The position numbers and the translations under genes are program-made. The notes under the pieces were generated by a model, which saw only the letters and a list, made by a program, of their open reading frames with translations, made no database searches and was not told where the DNA came from. This document shows positions 56,096-64,000 of a stretch of 64,000 nt of DNA, piece after piece (the first letter of the stretch is position 1; the number at the start of each line of letters is the position of its first letter). Location: contig NC_043011.1 in assembly GCF_006345805.1 (NCBI RefSeq), positions 45,210,464 to 45,274,463 of the forward strand, read 5' to 3'. This DNA is from Octopus sinensis (taxonomy: Eukaryota).

Positions 56096-58783
56096 TAAAA
56101 CATAGCCTGGAATTTTTAGTATTATTTTCAATTACAGTTGTTTCAATACAACATGAAAAATCCATTTCATGAACATAAAATATTATTAAAATGTATACAA
56201 TGAATTCATAACATGATAATATCTAAATACATTTCTTTAAGTATCCATGTGTATTTCCTTAGACTGAGTTTCAAAAATAATATTAGTAGAAGTACTTCTT
56301 GAGGATATAGCTTGAATTTCAATCTTTTTCATGTACTATGTGTGTGTGTGTGTGATAATACACTCGACAGTTGCATATCTGTCATATCACAGGTGAAAGG
56401 TAGAGAGAATGTGGAGATGTTGTGGTGTTCATAGCAAATCTATGGTTCTTCTTCTTCTCTACTTCCAGTTAGTTACTGTTGAAAAAGACAACAAAGAAAT
56501 GAAAGAAGCGCTGAAACAATACAGAGAGACTTTGGAAGAATTCCGAAGAGGTGAATATGTTTGTTTTTGAAAAACTGGGTTGTCTGATGTGTTATGTGCT
56601 GTACGCATATTTATGTGTGTGTGTTTGTCTTATGATATGTGTGTATGTATATTTATGTGTGTGTGTGTGTGAAATAATGTGTATGTAAGTGTGTAATGGG
56701 TTTTGTACTATATTTATATCTATGTATGTAGCCTGTGTACTGTGTGGTGTATGAATATATATACATGCATGTGTGTGTATGTGTGAATGTGTGTCTAGTG
56801 GTGTGTTATGTGGTATATGTATTTATGTACATGTATCTGTCTTTGTGTGTATGCGCTGTGTACTGGCGTGGGTGGTGGTGCATTTTATGTACTGGTGTGT
56901 TATGTGGTATATGTGTGTGTGTGTTATGTACCACTATAGTCTCACAATGGGTCTGTTGTTGTTCCTTAATGTCTGTTTATTCTTTTTGTTCCAGTTTATG
57001 AAAGTTCCTATGAAGAATATGAAGACATACGCAAAAAATACAATGAAGAACGACAGTGTCGTAATGAAGCAGAACAATATGCGAAGAAGGTATGTGCATA
57101 TTGGTGTGTGTATCTGTTGTGTATCTGTGTGTGTGTGTGTGTCTACTTTATATATAGATAGATACACACGAGGGGTGTTCCTTAAAGATTTCCCTTGATT
57201 CACTCCCCAAGGACTGGGATAAATGAAACTTGACATAATTATTAGTCCTTTTCTACATAGCCACCACCAATGGTGACACACTTCTCCCATCACTTTATGT
57301 GGAGGCACATGGCCTAGTGGTTAGAGCAGCGGACTTGCAGTCAAGGGATCATGGGTTCGAATCTCAGACCGGGCGATGTGTGTGTTTATGAGCGAAACAC
57401 CTAAGCTCCACGTGGCTCCGACAGAAGGTAATGGCAAACTTCTCCTGACTCTTTCGCCACAACTTTCTCTCACTCCTTCCTCTTGCATCATGCAGCTCAC
57501 CTGCAATGGACCGGCGTCCTGTCCAGGTGGGGAACCTATACACCAAGGAAACCGGGAAACTGGACCTTATGAGCCAAGCATGGCTCGAAAAGGAACAAGC
57601 AAACAAACAAACATCACTTTATGTAGTTGTGAAGATGTTGTCTGTAGAAGTCAGTTGATTGCATCTGGAGCCAAAACTTTACCTCAGAAATAACTTCTTC
57701 ATCATCCGAAAAGTGCTTCCCCTTCAGAAAAGACTTCATGGTTGGAAAGAGGTAGAAGTCAGATGGTGTGAAGTCAAGAGGGTAAAGGGGATGAGGAAGG
57801 ATTTCATAGCTGCATAGCTTTGGTTAGCATGCTATGCCTCTCTGTTTTAGTGGTGCCCTGCAATTTCTGCAACAGAGAAGCATAATATGTCCTGTTAATT
57901 GTGGTGTCATCATCACTACTCTGTGGTGGTTCCAAAAGACTCTGAGCATCACCATGCCTGCTGAGGGTCGGACATGAGCCTTCTTTTGAGGCGGTGAGTT
58001 ATCATGCTTCTGTTGCTTCGGCTGGATTTTAGTCTCAGGTTCATAGTGATGGACCCATATTTCATCCTGTGTGATAAGTCTGCTGAAAAAGTCCTCCTCG
58101 TTTTCTTAGCACATTACCTAAAGAGCCTTGGAGCAACTGATTTGTTCCTGCTTCTATAAAGGTATGAGCATCAAGGGAATCCCTCGTGCAGACAATTTCC
58201 ATATGTGCAAATGGTTGTAACTGTTTTTTTCCATGGACCCTACACTTATCTTCACTTCTTGGGCTAGTAGGCAAATAGTTATGCAGTGATCCTCCAAAAT
58301 GGCGGCTTTCAATTTATGGATGGTGTCATCTCAATAGTGGTATGTAGCCATCCAGGAATAGAAGCAGTTTTCACTGATGTCCAACCACATTTGAACTGGG
58401 GATGCATTGTCACCATAAACTTCTTTCATCTCATCGAAAGTCTCTTTTGGTGTACGACCTTTCAAGTATAAGAGCCTGATCACTGATCTGCATTCAACTG
58501 CCTCCATTTATAACACCTTAGTCCACTTCAGCCCTAAAGGACAAACAAATACCAATGGAAAGCTGCAATTCACAATGTGACATGTAGAGATATGTATGAT
58601 TATAAATATATGTATGTATATATATATATATTTTTTAAAATAAAAATAAGAAATAAGTGGAAATTTTACCAGTAAGTGTGTTAAATTATAAGGCACAAAA
58701 AGAAAATGACTTTCCCCAGACACAGCAGAATATGCTTCAACACACAAACTCACATAAAGAATCTTGAAAACCAAATCCCAAAA

Positions 58784-58815
<32 letters not shown>

Positions 58816-61163
58816 CAGAAGCAATAGAAGGAATCGAAGGTCAAGAGTTTCATGCATTAACACTTATCAAACTAGTTCTAAATATTAATAATATATATAT
58901 ATATATATATATATACACTTGTGTTTTGAGTTCTATTTTTCCTGTTTGCATCACCAAACTAATAAATTTATATATTTCCATATCAGTTGCACCATGAGAC
59001 AGAGGTGATAAAGAGACAAAGTAGAATCTTACTGTGTCAAGATTTTGGTGATGAACGTCTACAGAAGGCCTTGGATGACATTGAGCTGTTGAACCGAGAA
59101 CTTCTGGAGCTGAAGGATGAAACAGAGAAAGAGGTATGTCTACAGTGATGTGTGTATACATTGGTGTGTGTATATAGAGGTATATAAGTGTGGGTGTACA
59201 GTGGTATAGGTGTCTGTATATTTGATGGCAATATTTGTTAGCGTTCATGAAGTTAATGACAAAATTCTGTTGTTGTTGATAATAATGGTTAATCACTAGT
59301 AATAGCTGTGACGATGATGGTGGTGGTAGGGGTGGTGGTAGAGGTGGTGGTGATGGCAGTGGTGGTGATAGTGATGGTGGTGGTGATAGAGTTAGCGATG
59401 GTGGTGCTAAAGTGGTAGTGTTGATTGATGGTCAGTTTGTCACTGGAATTGCAGCTTTCCATTGGTATTTGTTTGTCCTTTCCAAATGGAAGTTGTAGCA
59501 ATTGTTGTACAGCTGCTAGTAGTAGTATCAGCAGCAGTAGTTGTAGTAGTAGTGGTGATGGTTGATGATCTGTTGTTGCTTGGAAGTGTTAATGGTGGTG
59601 GTGGTGGTGGTGGTATGTATGAATACACTTACATTAACACACAAACATTACCATCAACATAGGCGCAAGAGTGGCTGTGTGGTAAGTAGCTTGCTAACCA
59701 ACCACATGGTTCCAGGTTCAGTCCCACTGCGTGGCACCTTGGGCAAGTGTCTTCTACTATAGCCTCAGGCCAACCAAAGCCTTGTGATTGGATTTGGTAG
59801 ATGGAAACTGAAAGAAGCCCGTCGTATATATACATATATGTATGTGTGTGCATATGTTTGTGTGTCTGTGTTTGTCCCCCCAACATCGCTTGACAACCGA
59901 TGCTGGTGTGTTTAGCAGTTCAGCAAAAGAGACTGATAGAACAAGTACTAGGCTTATGAAGAATAAGTCCTAGGGTCGATTTGCTTGACTAAAGGTGGTG
60001 CTCCAGCATGACCACACTCAAATGACTGAAACAAGTAAAAGAGTATCAACAGCAGCAGCAGCAGCTGTAACAATAACAAGTACAAGAACCATTGTTTATA
60101 TTGAACACAGGTCACCAGTTTAAAGGCAGAAATAGAGTTGTACAAATCAAGCGAAGGCAACATTAAAATAATCAAGAAGAACAAGGAACTGGAAGAACAG
60201 AACAACAGTTTGGAAAACAATTTGGTCCAGCAGCGGGAGCAGTATGAGAGTCTTAGTAAGAAATGTAAGTTTTACCTTGTTGTCACCTTTCTGTTTTTGT
60301 TATAAACACCTCTGTAACTATCACACCAGTCAACGAAAATGCCTCTGCATCAGTGGTTCTCAGCCAGGGACCATATGGCTCTTGAGGGGCCCTTTAAGAT
60401 TTTTGGGGTCCATGCAACAAAATAGTAAATTAGGGGATCTACACTAGTATTTGAAGGGCCCCTGAAAACCTTTTGCTTTAGATGTATGTATTGGTATGTA
60501 TTGCAAAGAAACAGCTGGGTTTTTCTCTCATGTTTTACATAGTTCAACCTACACAAGTGAAAGTGTGAAAAGCAAAATAGGGGTTTTGAAAGAAGTTTCT
60601 ATGAAACATCAAATGGCTGTTGGGGTCCACCAGAATAAAATAGTAATCAAAGGGGTCCATAGATAAAATATGGTTGAGGACCCCTGCTCTACTTGGTCAC
60701 ACAACTTGCTAGAAGTAGTAAACAAAGATCCTGCAAATCATTCGTCAGAATGGCAAGGATCATCTAGTTATTGTTAAGGATGACTAGATGAATTATCCTG
60801 TGACTTTGTTTAACCCTTTAGGACTTAAACCAGCCAACTCCAACCCAAATTAGAAACTTACTATTTGTAAATCTCACAACAAGAGATATTCAGCAACAGT
60901 ACTTTGGAGTAGAGATTATTTGCCAACATAACATGGCAGTCCTGGTTTAGGATGAATGTTGCAGTAATTTAGCCCCAGGAGACATCGTCCCCAGCTGGCT
61001 ATACGACATGATCTGTGTCCTGTATATATATATCACCGTGACCGACCAGGCTATCAGATGTTGCTACACATCGCTGGTCACAATGCACTTCGCATTGTTT
61101 TAGCCTTCAAATGACGCCACCCCGCTGGCTAAGTGAGCAGGCCAGTATATATATATATATACA

Positions 61164-61231
<68 letters not shown>

Positions 61232-63452
61232 GTAGATCCACAGAGATAATTAGAATATTTAATTCCTTACCATTATTTGGTGCCAATTCCCAAATATATA
61301 TTGCTATTCCTCCTTGGGACACAAAGGGGGACATAATATCTACATTTCCACACCTAAACCAACACACAAATGTCCGACATTATAACCCTGAGTAACGATA
61401 TCCATCTCTTTGTATATTCCATCAGATAGCGATCTGGAAAAAATCTATGAGGACAGCAAACGGCCACCTCCGCCGCCACCACCACCGCCTCCACCACCAC
61501 TACCACCTCAGAACTCCAAGGGGTAAGTAAAGTATTGGTTTTTAACCCATGTCACACCAACTGCCAACGAATTGCCCTTGATTAACTTGTTTCTGTCCCT
61601 TTTCTCATTGTCCCCTACGATCGATGAATGTTAACAGACAGATCCCTTTTTCTTCCCATTCAACTTTTGCAGTATTTGGGTAGCGAAGCCAACCAGAGAG
61701 CCCCTATGGAATCACTCGAGCCCCTAGAAATAGAAGCTACATTCTCTTCAAATCATACCCCTTGTTTTCTTAAAAAAAAAAGGACACATTACATACACAG
61801 TGTCTGCAATCTAGACAGGATAGTCACAGTTGGAACATACTTGATCATAAGTTTACTAGATTGGAACTAGCTTAGGGGCTAAAAATACATGCTAAAAATA
61901 CTAGCCAAATCTCCCTCTGTGGATTGACCTCATCCTTCTTGGAAGTTATTTTACTGATCCTGGATAGGTGACAGGCAAAGTTGATTCATGTGGGATTTGA
62001 ACTCAAGTTAAGGATGTATGTAACTAAATACCATTCAAAGATACAATTAAACTCTACCACTCTGTTATACACTAATCGTTAACAGATTTGGCTTCAGTTA
62101 GATTTGATCTCAGAATCTAGAGGTTTGAAATAATAAAATGTTTTTATATATTTTGCTTCAGTGGTTGGCGTTAGGAAGGGCATCCAGCCGTAGAGACACT
62201 GCCAAATCTGACTGGCCTGATGAAGCCTTCCAGCTTTACAGACCCCAGTTAAACCGTCCAACCCATGCTAGCATGGAAAACGGACGCTAAAAAATGATGA
62301 TGATGATGATGATATTTGTTTCAGTATAATACAATATTAAGGCAATGAGCTGGCAGAATCATTAGCACCCAAGGCAAAATGCTCAGTAGCATTTCATGTT
62401 TTTATGTTCTGAATTCGATAAAATAAGTACCAGTTGAGTACTGGGGTTGATGTAATTGACTTATCCCCTTCCCTGAACTTTCGAGCATTTTGCCAAAATT
62501 TGAAATTTCAAATTTTGGCAAAATGCTCAAAAGTTCAGGGAAGGGGATAAGTCAGTTACATCAACTCCAGTACTCAACTGATACTTATTATGTGATGGAA
62601 GCACTCTGTCGGTTACAACGATGAGGGTTCCGGTTGATCCGACCAACGGAACAGCCTGCTCGTGAAATTAACGTGTAAGTGGCTGAGCACTCCGCAGACA
62701 CGTGTACCCTCAACGTAGTTCTCGGGGATATTCAGCATGACACAGAGAGTGACAAGGCCGGCCCTTTGAAATACAGGTACAACAGAAACAGGAAGAAAGA
62801 GTGAGAGAAAGTTGTGGTGAAAGAGTACAGCAGGGATCACCACCATCCCTGCTGGAGCCTCGTGGAGCTTTAGGTGTTTTCGCTCAATAAACACTCACAA
62901 CGCCTGGTCTGGGAATCGAAACCGTGATCCTACAACCGCGAGTACGCTGCCCTAACCACTGGGCCATTGCGCCTCCACACTTATTATGTACCTTATTTAT
63001 ATATGAAATACTACAATTTGCCATCATTATTGATGGCACATGGTCAGTTAGTACAATATAGTTTTTACAATATAATATATCATTTGACCTCAACTCTTAA
63101 TATTTTTCTCTCATGGATCAAACTCTTAACCCTCACTCGACATTATTCTGTCTTGCCTTATGTCACACTCACAGTCTCTGTCTCTATATTATTGTGTCTC
63201 ACTCAACCTTACTCTCACTTTCTTTCTGTTCCTCTCTATATTTATCTGTCTCTCCCCTCTCTCTTTTTATCGTCACTGTATTCGCCACCCATGTTATACT
63301 CTCAAATAATGATGTGTCTCTGCCCCCTCCCCACTCATGTACTTCTACTATATCTGAATGATTAGTCTCACTCTCCCTTCCTCCTCCCCTCTTCGACAGG
63401 TTCCTGGCAAGATGGAAGAAAAAGAAAGCTCGAGTGTCAAAGACTGAAGAAG
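21780..63452 (+). CDS. SHTN1: Shootin-1-like coiled-coil/polyproline protein, partial spliced CDS (11 exons; 5' and 3' ends not identified)
   Basis: join(21780..21832,45329..45389,46980..47074,49645..49810,54467..54564,56469..56550,56995..57089,58987..59133,60111..60264,61426..61522,63400..63452) = 1101 nt. Every exon has an AG acceptor and GT donor, and all junction phases match. Translation: [89 protein letters not shown]...[42 protein letters not shown]...LQKALDD...P12[17 protein letters not shown]. Motif order matches vertebrate Shootin-1 as I recall it (EYEDL; EKTCRESAEALATKLNKENKTLKRIS; EEYEE..LRKKAESFA; KRQSHLLL..LLKALDE; polyPro). Family call is from memory, not BLAST. Confidence 0.85.
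24431..24466 (+). ncRNA. Minimal hammerhead-like motif with variant core (CUGUAGA)
   Basis: CTTT CTGTAGA A GAGC gtag GCTC GAAA CG TA AAAG. Homologous copies at 12604-12639(-) and 51461-51498(-) within a ~170-bp repeat family. Confidence 0.5.
24683..24912. mobile_element. pogo/Tigger-type MITE
   Basis: TA|CTGTAATCCCTCG ... GAGGGATTACTA|TA terminal inverted repeats with TA flanks. Confidence 0.7.
25778..26066 (+). mobile_element. tRNA-headed SINE-like element with hammerhead-bearing tail, copy 1
   Basis: A-box/B-box head, (AAT)n, then gatac CTGAAGA a GGCTG..CAGCC aAAA CGTT gtgct, tail ...CCTCATCTCTTAAATATAGAAC. Confidence 0.75.
26582..27372. mobile_element. Family D repeat ((CAT)n tail, 63-68-bp subrepeats) with nested inversions
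   Basis: About 26806-26990 is repeated in reverse at about 27050-27215, and about 26977-27049 in reverse at about 27311-27372. Other family D copies at about 19207-19650, 30383-30848, 32068-32470, 46295-46630, 48370-48567 and 55810-56010. Confidence 0.75.
27924..28216 (-). mobile_element. tRNA-headed SINE-like element with hammerhead-bearing tail, copy 2
   Basis: Reverse-complement match to 25778-26066; degenerate hammerhead at 28001-28046. Confidence 0.7.
31106..31602. repeat. Degenerate (GTG/GTA/GTT/GCA)n trinucleotide array
   Basis: Read directly; gives rise to the poly-Val ORF artefact. Confidence 0.9.
36812..37000 (+). pseudogene. L1/Tx1-clade reverse transcriptase fragment
   Basis: [17 protein letters not shown]...[26 protein letters not shown] matches the non-LTR RT motifs Q..+PGR.I.DN and LD..KAFDRV.H.YL. 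Embedded in a SINE. Confidence 0.8.
42869..43130 (+). mobile_element. tRNA-headed SINE-like element with hammerhead-bearing tail, copy 3
   Basis: TGGCATAGTGG (A box), GTTCGATTC (B box), (AAT)n, GACAC CTGAAGG...CAGCC GAAA CGTT GTGTT (43035-43080). Confidence 0.75.
44210..44592 (+). mobile_element. Non-autonomous Helitron (short copy)
   Basis: A|TC...hairpin...CTAG|T insertion between A and T with no TSD; homologous to 11585-12266. Confidence 0.85.
45329..45389 (+). CDS. SHTN1: SHTN1-like coding exon ([20 protein letters not shown])
   Basis: cttttcAG acceptor, GTAAGT donor, phase 0 to 1. Confidence 0.85.
46980..47074 (+). CDS. SHTN1: SHTN1-like coding exon ([32 protein letters not shown])
   Basis: Polypyrimidine tract with tttAG, GTAAGT donor, phase 1 to 0. 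Confidence 0.9.
48802..49116 (-). mobile_element. tRNA-headed SINE-like element with hammerhead-bearing tail, copy 4, plus an inverted copy of its own 3' tail
   Basis: Minus-strand element at 48802-49055 with CTGATGA core at 48853-48898. 49058-49116 is the family 3' tail on the + strand, abutting the 5' end. Confidence 0.75.
49645..49810 (+). CDS. SHTN1: SHTN1-like coding exon ([16 protein letters not shown]...QNQLE)
   Basis: ttccAG acceptor, GTAAAG donor, phase 0 to 1. Confidence 0.88.
50055..50945. repeat. Purine-rich (GATA/GATG/GGTA)n tetranucleotide array with a 20-bp higher-order unit AGATGGGTAGAGGGGTAGAT
   Basis: Read directly; the 237-aa ORF on the minus strand is an artefact. Confidence 0.9.
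51684..51739 (-). ncRNA. Type I hammerhead ribozyme candidate
   Basis: GTCT CTGATGA cagaatatc..gatatccca GAAA CAGCTG TA AGAC: perfect stem I, canonical core, palindromic ACAGCTGT stem III, GUA site. Stem II imperfect. Confidence 0.65.
52391..52446 (+). ncRNA. Type I hammerhead ribozyme candidate (sense to the host pre-mRNA)
   Basis: aTCT CTGATGA cagaatatc..gatatccca GAAA CAGCTG TA AGAc. Confidence 0.6.
54467..54564 (+). CDS. SHTN1: SHTN1-like coding exon ([33 protein letters not shown])
   Basis: ttctcAG acceptor, GTAAGT donor, phase 1 to 0. Confidence 0.88.
54941..55026 (-). ncRNA. Type I hammerhead ribozyme candidate, fully canonical core
   Basis: Minus strand: TTGG CTGATGA GTACT [long loop] AGTAC GAAA CGATCG TA CCAA. 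Stem I TTGG/CCAA, stem II GTACT/AGTAC, palindromic stem III ACGATCGT, GUA cleavage triplet. Confidence 0.8.
56469..56550 (+). CDS. SHTN1: SHTN1-like coding exon ([27 protein letters not shown])
   Basis: cttccAG acceptor, GTGAAT donor, phase 0 to 1. Confidence 0.87.
56995..57089 (+). CDS. SHTN1: SHTN1-like coding exon ([32 protein letters not shown])
   Basis: ttccAG acceptor, GTATGT donor, phase 1 to 0. Confidence 0.9.
57242..58507 (-). pseudogene. mariner transposase pseudogene (frameshifts, stops, SINE-interrupted)
   Basis: Manual translation: [33 protein letters not shown]...[17 protein letters not shown]...[34 protein letters not shown]...[15 protein letters not shown]. These match the mariner TGDE.W and YSPDLAPSD motifs. 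Confidence 0.9.
57301..57611 (+). mobile_element. SINE (family C-like head, alternative tail) inserted into the mariner
   Basis: 13-bp TSD CATCACTTTATGT (57288-57300, 57612-57624) and an (AAAC)n tail. Confidence 0.9.
58987..59133 (+). CDS. SHTN1: SHTN1-like coding exon ([16 protein letters not shown]...DETEKE)
   Basis: atcAG acceptor, GTATGT donor, phase 0 to 0, 49 codons. Confidence 0.9.
60111..60264 (+). CDS. SHTN1: SHTN1-like coding exon ([12 protein letters not shown]...YESLSKK)
   Basis: acacAG acceptor, GTAAGT donor, phase 0 to 1. Confidence 0.87.
60351..60686. mobile_element. hAT/Charlie-type MITE
   Basis: CAGTGGTTCTCAGCC ... GGTTGAGGACCCCTG TIRs; degenerate 8-bp TSD CTCTGCAT/CTCTACTT. 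Confidence 0.7.
61426..61522 (+). CDS. SHTN1: SHTN1-like coding exon, polyproline ([14 protein letters not shown]12LPPQNSK)
   Basis: atcAG acceptor, GTAAGT donor, phase 1 to 2. Mixed Pro codons argue for coding sequence rather than a microsatellite. Confidence 0.9.
62422..62589. repeat. Near-perfect 168-bp spacerless palindrome made from a SINE B 3' end
   Basis: Centre TGAAA|TTTCA at 62505/62506; arms of 84 bp with only a few mismatches. Confidence 0.9.
63400..63452 (+). CDS. SHTN1: SHTN1-like coding exon ([18 protein letters not shown])
   Basis: Polypyrimidine tract with gacAG, GTAAGG donor, phase 2 to 1. Basic stretch follows the polyPro, as in Shootin-1. Confidence 0.82.
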
Positions 63453-63895
63453 GTAAGGAACACATTTGGTTATTGTTGAACAAAATATTTCATTATTGTT
63501 TTACAATATATGTATATATGTGTGTGTATATATATGTAGAGGTGCAATGGCCCAGTGTTTAAGGCAGCGGACTCACGGTCATAGCATGGCAGTTTCGATT
63601 CCCAGATCGGGCGTTGTGAGTGTTTATTGAGCGAAAACACCTAAAGCTCCATGAGGCAGGGGGTGGTGCCGACCCCTGTTGTACTCTCTCGCCACAACTT
63701 TCTCTCACTCTTTCTTCTGTTGCCCTGCTTGCTTAGCCAGTGGGGTGGCATCATCTTGAAGGCTAAAACAATGCGAAGCGCATTGTGACCAGCAATGTGT
63801 AGCAACATCTGATAGCCTGGTCGGTCACATGATATATATATATATATATATTTATATATTTATATATATGTCTTACTGGTGAAGGCCAGTTTATA

Positions 63896-63951
63896 GGGTT
63901 ATCCTGAGTTTCGCGCCATAAAGGGTACCTTTATGGCGTATCTTCAAACCC
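63896..63951 (-). ncRNA. Degenerate hammerhead-like motif
   Basis: GGGT TTGAAGA ta CGCCATAAAG gtacc CTTTATGGCG c GAAA ctcagga TA ACCC. Strong stems I and II; C3 changed to U and poor stem III. Confidence 0.4.
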
Positions 63952-64000
63952 CAAGACCTGTTTATCTATGGCCTCTTTAAAATATAGAGGGGGAAACAAT

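Larger units (their letters stand above)
57169..58590 (-). mobile_element. mariner (Tc1/mariner) element, decayed
   Basis: TIR-like CGAGGGGTGTTC at 57169 and a transposase pseudogene inside; the other end is not clearly defined. Confidence 0.8.

Overview
AT-rich, repeat-saturated eukaryotic DNA. The dense (TA/CA/AAT/CAT)n microsatellites and tRNA-derived SINE families suggest an octopus (cephalopod) genome; this is inferred from repeat style only. Almost all ORF-track entries are microsatellite or SINE artefacts. One real protein-coding gene can be assembled by hand on the + strand: 11 short GT-AG exons (21780-63452, 1101 nt, all 10 junctions phase-compatible, no stops). They encode a coiled-coil protein followed by a polyproline run, resembling Shootin-1 (SHTN1); the first coding exon and the 3' exons are not identified. 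The introns and upstream region hold at least 4 SINE-type families, non-autonomous Helitron/Helentron, hAT and pogo MITEs, a full-length decayed mariner transposase, and CR1 and L1/Tx1 fragments. The most striking unexplained signal is about 15 minimal type-I hammerhead-ribozyme-like motifs of the Penelope-associated kind (stem I-CUGANGA-stem II-GAAA-palindromic stem III-UH-stem I'). They fall in several unrelated non-coding repeat families, some arranged as long inverted repeats, and include a four-copy element that joins a tRNA-derived Pol III head to a hammerhead-bearing tail. All alignments and folds were done by eye; no database search or folding program was run.
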